Assembly (NCBI GenBank): GCA_031367385.1
Contig: JANLPS010000061.1
Span: 1-11,880, forward strand
DNA: 11,880 nt
From: Archangium sp.
GTDB lineage: Bacteria > Myxococcota > Myxococcia > Myxococcales > Myxococcaceae
Direction of reading: 5' to 3'
The notes under the pieces were generated by a model. It saw nothing but the letters and a program-made list of their open reading frames with translations. It was not told where the DNA came from and made no database searches. The position numbers and the translations under genes are program-made. Of the stretch, positions 7,369 to 11,880 are shown one piece after another (the stretch's first letter is position 1; each line of letters begins with the position of its first letter).

Positions 7369-7420
7369 GTTTTGCGCTCGCTACTTCGTGCCCGAAGTGC
7401 CGTTACTGTCGTCGACCTCT

Positions 7421-7441
7421 GATTTTGAGAATCGAAGTCAA
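7421..7441. promoter_or_regulatory. Fur-box-like palindrome
   Basis: TTGAGAATCGAAGTCAA (TTGA-N9-TCAA, 7425-7441); 12/19 match of 7421-7439 to GATAATGATAATCATTATC. Confidence 0.35.
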
Positions 7442-7467
7442 GACGAGCCCTTAGATGCGAGCGCGCG

Positions 7468-7486
7468 GTGTGAAACTTCATCACAC
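7468..7486. promoter_or_regulatory. Inverted repeat, candidate operator upstream of the methyltransferase
   Basis: GTGTGA-N7-TCACAC, about 35-50 bp before the ATG at 7520. Confidence 0.3.
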
Positions 7487-7519
7487 ACGCGATCATCTTC
7501 GAGCCGGAGGAATCACCCC

Positions 7520-8216
7520 ATGTTTCGACTCGTATTCTCGGCGCTCATCGCGACGAGCTGCGCCAATGCCCACCACGCCTGCGTCGACCGACGCCCCGAC
7601 CCCTGTCACCCCGGCACCCGCTTCTCACACCGAGCACGAAGGCAGTAGCCACGGCGGAGCCGGCCACGACTGGGACGATACGTACCGCGAGGGCAAGGGC
7701 TTCAGCCTCAAGCCGAACGCGCTGCTCGCCTCGAGCATTTAGGGCCGCAAGCCGGGCACCGCGCTCGACATCGGCATGGGCCAGGGTCGCAATGCCGTGT
7801 ACCTCGCCACGCAGGGCTGGTCGGTGACTGGCGTCGACACCGCGGCCGAAGGCATTCGCATCGCGAAAGAGAACGCCGCGGCCGCGAAGGTCTCACTCAA
7901 CGCGGTGGTCGATGACGCTGACCACTTCGACATGGGCAAGGGCCAGTACGATCTGGTCGCGCTGATGTACGTCGGAGGCGCCGAGATGACCTCGCGCATC
8001 GACACCGCGCTCAAGCCGGGCGGCCTGGTGGTGGTCGAGTACTTTCACAAAGACATGGAGGCCCAGTTTCACCACCCGATGGGCGCCTTTGGCACCGGCG
8101 AGCTCGAGGGCCTCTACAAAGGCTACAAGGTCATTCGCAGCGAGGTGGTCGAAGACACGGCTGACTTCGGGCTTCGACCGGCCAAGCTGGTTCGCTTCGT
8201 GGCTCAGAAGCCTTAG
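7520..8216 (+). pseudogene. Class I SAM-dependent methyltransferase (TehB-like) with lipoprotein signal; one frameshift and one in-frame TAG
   Basis: GGAGG 7506-7510, ATG 7520 MFRLVFSALIATSC; frame change near 7565; WDDTYREG..FSLKPNALL; TAG 7740-7742; then PGTALDIGMGQGRNAVYLATQGWSVTGVD (motif I) and ALKPGGLVVVE. Confidence 0.85.
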
Positions 8217-8217
8217 C

Positions 8218-9399
8218 TCACTGCGCAGAGCACTGGCCGAGCTCCACCAGAACCTGCGCCGATTCGTTGACGACGCGTTGCGAGATCGCCGGCTGATCAA
8301 AAAACCAACCGAACGCGCGCATCGACGCCTGGGTCGATGATGAGATGCCAGCGCCGACGCCCAGGTCGAATGACGCTGCCCGATACCGACCGCCAACCTG
8401 AGTCGCGTTCAGCTCTGCCCTCGCCGAGCGATCTGTCGTCAGAAAAGTGCTGGCGTGACAGGTCACGCACTGCAGCGTGTCGGTGTTGCGGAGCAGCGGG
8501 TTGTCGACCTCCACGAGCGCCCCGAGCGAGAGAAGGCGTTGGCTCGAGGTCGCGGCTTCGAACTCAGAGCGCCGAGTCGCACGAGAAAACCCACTCGGCA
8601 CGTCTGCAGAGTCGCTCGGCACGACGTCGTCTCCAAGCAGCTGAATCACTTGTGTGCCACTGGCGGTGTTCGGAATCGTGAGCTGCACCGGGCCTTTCTC
8701 GGTCATTTCGAGCCCGCGCATTTCCCAACGAATGGCTGCAAGGCTGTCGGGCTGCGCGAAGAACGTGAGCCGCCTGAGCGTTGAAGCTCCGCAGAATCGA
8801 GTGAGGAGCGCTCTTAAGCTTCTCGCGTAGGCCCCATTGGGCTCTCGTTTCAGCTCGGGGCTCACCTGCAGCGCGCTGGAGGTCGGCAGTGCTTGAAGCG
8901 CTGCCAGCTGCCCGAGCTGTTCGAGCAGACCGTCACGCTCTGCCTGCGGAATTCGGTAGAACGCATGAAACGCAATGTCAGCAGCCTCAGCACCCGCTAC
9001 AGGCTGAAAGACGACTCTCAGCACCGGTTCTAGGTGCTTGCAGGGCCCCGCTTCGACGCGATCACACAGGTCAAACCGAACGCCGACCACCTGCAGGCGG
9101 TCATACGCTTCGAAGATCATGTCCTCGCCGAGTGAGGGGCTGTACACCAGCGCGTCGTACAAGCTGCGTGTGATCAGTGGCTGACCCGAGGCGCCCAGGT
9201 CACCCGCGCGAAGCAGCACCGGAACCTCGTTCAGAGGCAGTGGCACCAGAATCGAGACGTCGTTCAGTCCGAACAGCGGCGTGCCTCCGTCGGCCTGCCT
9301 GCATCGACCTGCAAGTCCCGCATCGGCCCCTCCACCGGGTGCGACGCCCTGCGAGCCACACCCCAGAGCAACGAGAACAAGCGCCAGTCGTTTACGCAC
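8218..9399 (-). CDS. Hypothetical lipoprotein with a single CxxCH heme-c binding motif (393 aa)
   Basis: Probable GTG start at 9399: MRKRLALVLVALG-C lipobox, GGADAG linker, CVTCH at 8455-8469; ORF is open back to 9462. Confidence 0.75.
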   Translation of the reverse strand: MRKRLALVLVALGCGSQGVAPGGGADAGLAGRCRQADGGTPLFGLNDVSILVPLPLNEVPVLLRAGDLGASGQPLITRSLYDALVYSPSLGEDMIFEAYDRLQVVGVRFDLCDRVEAGPCKHLEPVLRVVFQPVAGAEAADIAFHAFYRIPQAERDGLLEQLGQLAALQALPTSSALQVSPELKREPNGAYARSLRALLTRFCGASTLRRLTFFAQPDSLAAIRWEMRGLEMTEKGPVQLTIPNTASGTQVIQLLGDDVVPSDSADVPSGFSRATRRSEFEAATSSQRLLSLGALVEVDNPLLRNTDTLQCVTCHASTFLTTDRSARAELNATQVGGRYRAASFDLGVGAGISSSTQASMRAFGWFFDQPAISQRVVNESAQVLVELGQCSAQ

Positions 9400-9523
9400 G
9401 GTCGGCCCGCAAGCAAATCTGAAGCCAAGCCCTCGCCCAGGGGCCGCGTCGACGCGAGCCACGCCTGCTCAATGAAAATTCGCCAAACGATGGAAATCTG
9501 AGCCTCGGCGACAAGGCCTCGGC

Positions 9524-9737
9524 TCAGTCCTGGCCCAGCGCAGCGCCTTCGTTGCGCGGGTCTGAGCCGGCGCTGCGAAGGTTGGTGACCGGGTCGACCA
9601 TCACCGCCTCGGCCGAACCCCACTTCTCGATGCGCTTGAAGGTGTGGCCCATCGCCTCGAGCGCGCTGACGGTGGCCGGCTCGAGGCCGTTGAGATCGAT
9701 CAACACCTCGTCGGGCATCCACTGGTGGTGAAAGCGC
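9524..9737 (-). pseudogene. ggt: Gamma-glutamyltransferase, C-terminal fragment
   Basis: RFHHQWMPDEV...ALEAMGH...WGSAEAVMVDP...AGSDPRNEGAALG then stop; conserved GGT small-subunit C-terminus. Confidence 0.9.
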
Positions 9738-10129
9738 TCACCCTGACGGCCGAGGCTCTCGTGCGGCGGCTCGTCGCACTGCTGCCCCCGGCGCGGCTCC
9801 ACCTGACGAGTTTTCATGGAGTCCTGGCCCCCAACGCCTCGCTCCGGCCCCTCGCCACCCGCCAGCCCGAGGCGGAGGTCCCTCCTGGGCCACGGGCAAA
9901 AGTGCCACCGAAGAAAAAGACGAAACGGCGCCTTGACTGGGCCACGCTCCACCAGCGCACTTTCGGCACCGACGTGCTGCGCTGCCCTTGCGGTGGCCGC
10001 CGTACCATTCGGGCGTTGCACTCCACCCGCAGCGCCGCCGAGCAGAGACTGACTGCCCTTGGCATGCCCGTGCCGTCGCGCATTCTCCCGCCGGCCACTG
10101 CCCCTCCCCAATTGACCTTCGCCGTCTGA
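9738..10129 (+). pseudogene. IS91/ISCR-like transposase, 3' fragment (copy 2)
   Basis: Aligns by eye to about 6791-7183; 14 substitutions counted in the first ~170 nt, mostly synonymous; reading frame intact. Confidence 0.9.
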
Positions 10130-10312
10130 CGGACTCCCCGACCCTCAACTGGCTTCGACCGCCAGACTCCACCTGCGTCGATGCATCGGATTTCAGCCGC
10201 TTACGCCGGCCAAACTCACTCGTGCGAGGGTCGCCTGGGCGCGTGGAGTTTCAGGAAGTGCGCCTCCGCCTTCGTGACCCGGCTCTCAATGAGCGGTTTG
10301 AAGTTCCTGTCC
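9738..10312 (+). mobile_element. 5'-truncated IS91/ISCR-like element, copy 2
   Basis: Transposase 3' end plus a 183-bp tail ending in AGCGGTTTGAAGTTCCTGTCC (10292-10312). Confidence 0.78.
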
Positions 10313-10529
10313 TTTTCTGCTGGCGACGCAGGTGTTCATTCGAGGCCTGACGTCGGCTGAGCGCCGAATCATCGAGAGTCACCTCGAGCGAAACCAGGCC
10401 TCGTCGTTCTGGGCGGGGCTCTCGTGGCTCGATGGCCGTTCTGCGGCTGCGCGAGAGCAGATCAAAGCCTCACTGCGCGTTCACCCCACCAAGTGACACC
10501 TTTTTCGGCTTCGGGGCCGAGAACCCTTT

Positions 10530-11396
10530 GTGTTCCTCAAAGCGCTCATGGGTGGTGTGACTGCGAGTCGGGCCTACTGGGCCGTGAGCGACAAGGCCCT
10601 GCCACCCAACCTCGTGAAGCCTGGGGGTTTTTCGAAAGACTTTCAGTCTTTTCTCATGAGCCGAGAGCTGGGCAACGTTGGCTTTTTGAAGCCTGGGGCG
10701 TTCGTGTATGGAGGCAAGAGCGCGCCGAACGAGCCGCTCACGCGCCGCCCGGTCATCTTCATTCACGGCAACAGCGACTCGGGTGAAGGCGCCCGCGACA
10801 CAGTGAATTACCTGCGCGGCCAGGGTTACAAGAAGAGCGAAATTTACGTCACCAGCTACGGGCCAGGCCGCCTTGACCAGGGGTGGAATCAGCCTCACGA
10901 CCCGATTGACGTTCGCGAAATTCGAGCCTTCATCGACGCGGTTCATGCTTACGCGGGCGTGCTGCCTGAAGTGCGCGCGCACTCCGAAGGCGTCACCAAT
11001 ACCCGGGGTGCCCTGGGTGGCCTGACGGTCGACCGGCTCGGCAGAATCGAGCGCTTCGCCCCGCCGCTGCAGGTCGAGACGCTGATCGGTCTGGCTGGAG
11101 CGAACGAGGGCGTTCAAAATTCGCAATGGGCCCCTTTCGTGCCGGCCTGCTCGCCGACGAACGGCATGTGCCCCGGCTCGAGGTATCTGCGCATGCTCGA
11201 GCTCTTGCCCCCGCCGGCCAAGCGCGTCTTCACCATCGTCTCGACCAAAGACGGGGTCATCGGTACCGGTGACTTCCCCGTTCGCAGCGGCAGCATCCCC
11301 AACCAAATCGATCAATTCGTCAGCACGACGCTGAACCACATGCAGGTGCGCGACAACACGTTGGCCGAGCAGCAACGAATGAGCGAGACCGGGTAG
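10530..11396 (+). CDS. Lipase/esterase, alpha/beta hydrolase of the Lipase_2-like (class 2) family
   Basis: PVIFIHGNSD, GYKKSEIYVTSYG, nucleophile elbow AHSEG, TLIGLAGANEG, STKDGVIG (Asp), LNHMQ (His); start GTG 10530 or ATG 10548. Confidence 0.82.
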   Translation: MFLKALMGGVTASRAYWAVSDKALPPNLVKPGGFSKDFQSFLMSRELGNVGFLKPGAFVYGGKSAPNEPLTRRPVIFIHGNSDSGEGARDTVNYLRGQGYKKSEIYVTSYGPGRLDQGWNQPHDPIDVREIRAFIDAVHAYAGVLPEVRAHSEGVTNTRGALGGLTVDRLGRIERFAPPLQVETLIGLAGANEGVQNSQWAPFVPACSPTNGMCPGSRYLRMLELLPPPAKRVFTIVSTKDGVIGTGDFPVRSGSIPNQIDQFVSTTLNHMQVRDNTLAEQQRMSETG

Positions 11397-11443
11397 CGCC
11401 CCGCTCAACACGAAGCGCTGCGTCGAATCGTGAGGCCCGCCGC

Positions 11444-11596
11444 GCGGCCATCGGCATGCCGTTCGCACTGATCAGCCCAACCGGGGCCACCCTCGCGCAA
11501 GAGATCGCGATTACCCTGAGCACCGGTATGGTGCAGCGCTTCGATGCGGTGCGACGGCGAAAAGATGGCTCGCTGGTCGACGTCTCGGTGTCGACC
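11444..11596 (+). pseudogene. PAS/PAC domain fragment of a sensor protein
   Basis: AAIGMPFALISP...QRFDAVRRRKDGSLVDVSVS; RRRKDGSxxDVSxS is a classic PAC motif; no intact flanking gene. Confidence 0.72.
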
Positions 11597-11733
11597 GCAG
11601 CAAGTCAGGGCCCGTCTCAATATTTCGTGCAGCCCTCAGAAAACCGATGGGTGCCGTAGCCAATCGCCCAGAATCACGACCTGTTTTTCGGCAACGAAAT
11701 TGCTTGTGGGCGCCGCACCTCCATAGGTGCACT

Positions 11734-11880
11734 TTGACTCCATTCAACTGTCGGCTTTTCGGTCTGGTCCTCCTCTTCGTTGGCTGTGGTCTCCCCGCTT
11801 CAGATGACGACGGCGACCTTGCCCCGGTCGACCAGGAGTTGAGAAAGAAAAAGGACGCTGGAAGGCCGGTTGATGGGGGC
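11734..11880 (+). CDS. N-terminus of a putative lipoprotein (runs off window)
   Basis: Manual translation from TTG 11734 after AGGTG: MTPFNCRLFGLVLLFVG-CGLPASDDDGDLAPVDQELRKKKDAGRPVDGG; lipobox plus DAG/DGG linker. Confidence 0.6.
   Translation, partial: MTPFNCRLFGLVLLFVGCGLPASDDDGDLAPVDQELRKKKDAGRPVDGG

Noticed and set aside
7740..7742. In-frame TAG as pyrrolysine or recoded stop
   Set aside because: The same gene also has a frameshift, TAG is used as a normal stop elsewhere (2769, 8216, 11396), and a single substitution explains it.
9524..10111. 195-aa minus-strand ORF as an intact ggt
   Set aside because: Only the last ~70 aa are GGT; the rest is antisense to the transposase fragment.
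2770..11400. Integron cassette array
   Set aside because: No repeated attC-like RYYYAAC...GTTRRRY sites found by eye, no integrase, and genes are in mixed orientation.
10470..11468. 332-aa minus-strand ORF and similar long antisense ORFs
   Set aside because: Shadow frames of GC-rich coding sequence with no recognisable motifs.

Overview
GC-rich accessory region, probably from a myxobacterium (inferred from DAG/DGG low-complexity linkers after lipoprotein signal peptides). It has three layers. (1) Mobile-element debris: the 3' end of an IS21-family element (istB plus terminal repeats), two unrelated istA fragments, an IS256 transposase fragment, and two diverged IS91/ISCR-like rolling-circle elements. 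One of these is near full length with a frameshift, the other is 5'-truncated, and both end in a conserved oriIS-like motif. (2) A few intact or decayed cargo genes, mostly for exported proteins: a 708-aa Ig-repeat/DUF1554-like lipoprotein, a doubly broken lipoprotein SAM-methyltransferase, a CxxCH lipoprotein, a class-2 lipase and the start of another lipoprotein. (3) The most striking feature: patchworks of about a dozen short (about 75-630 bp) pieces of unrelated genes, joined with no spacer and in mixed orientation, several at apparent microhomologies. They include PTS IIC, SulP-gamma-carbonic anhydrase, a TPR protein, an amine dehydrogenase, an MDR oxidoreductase, gamma-glutamyltransferase and a PAS domain. 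Many long ORFs in the six-frame track are chimeras of these pieces. The mosaic may be biological (Helitron-like fragment capture by IS91 elements, or end-joining repair scars) or technical (amplification or assembly chimeras); the sequence alone cannot decide. All family assignments come from motif recognition, not database searches.
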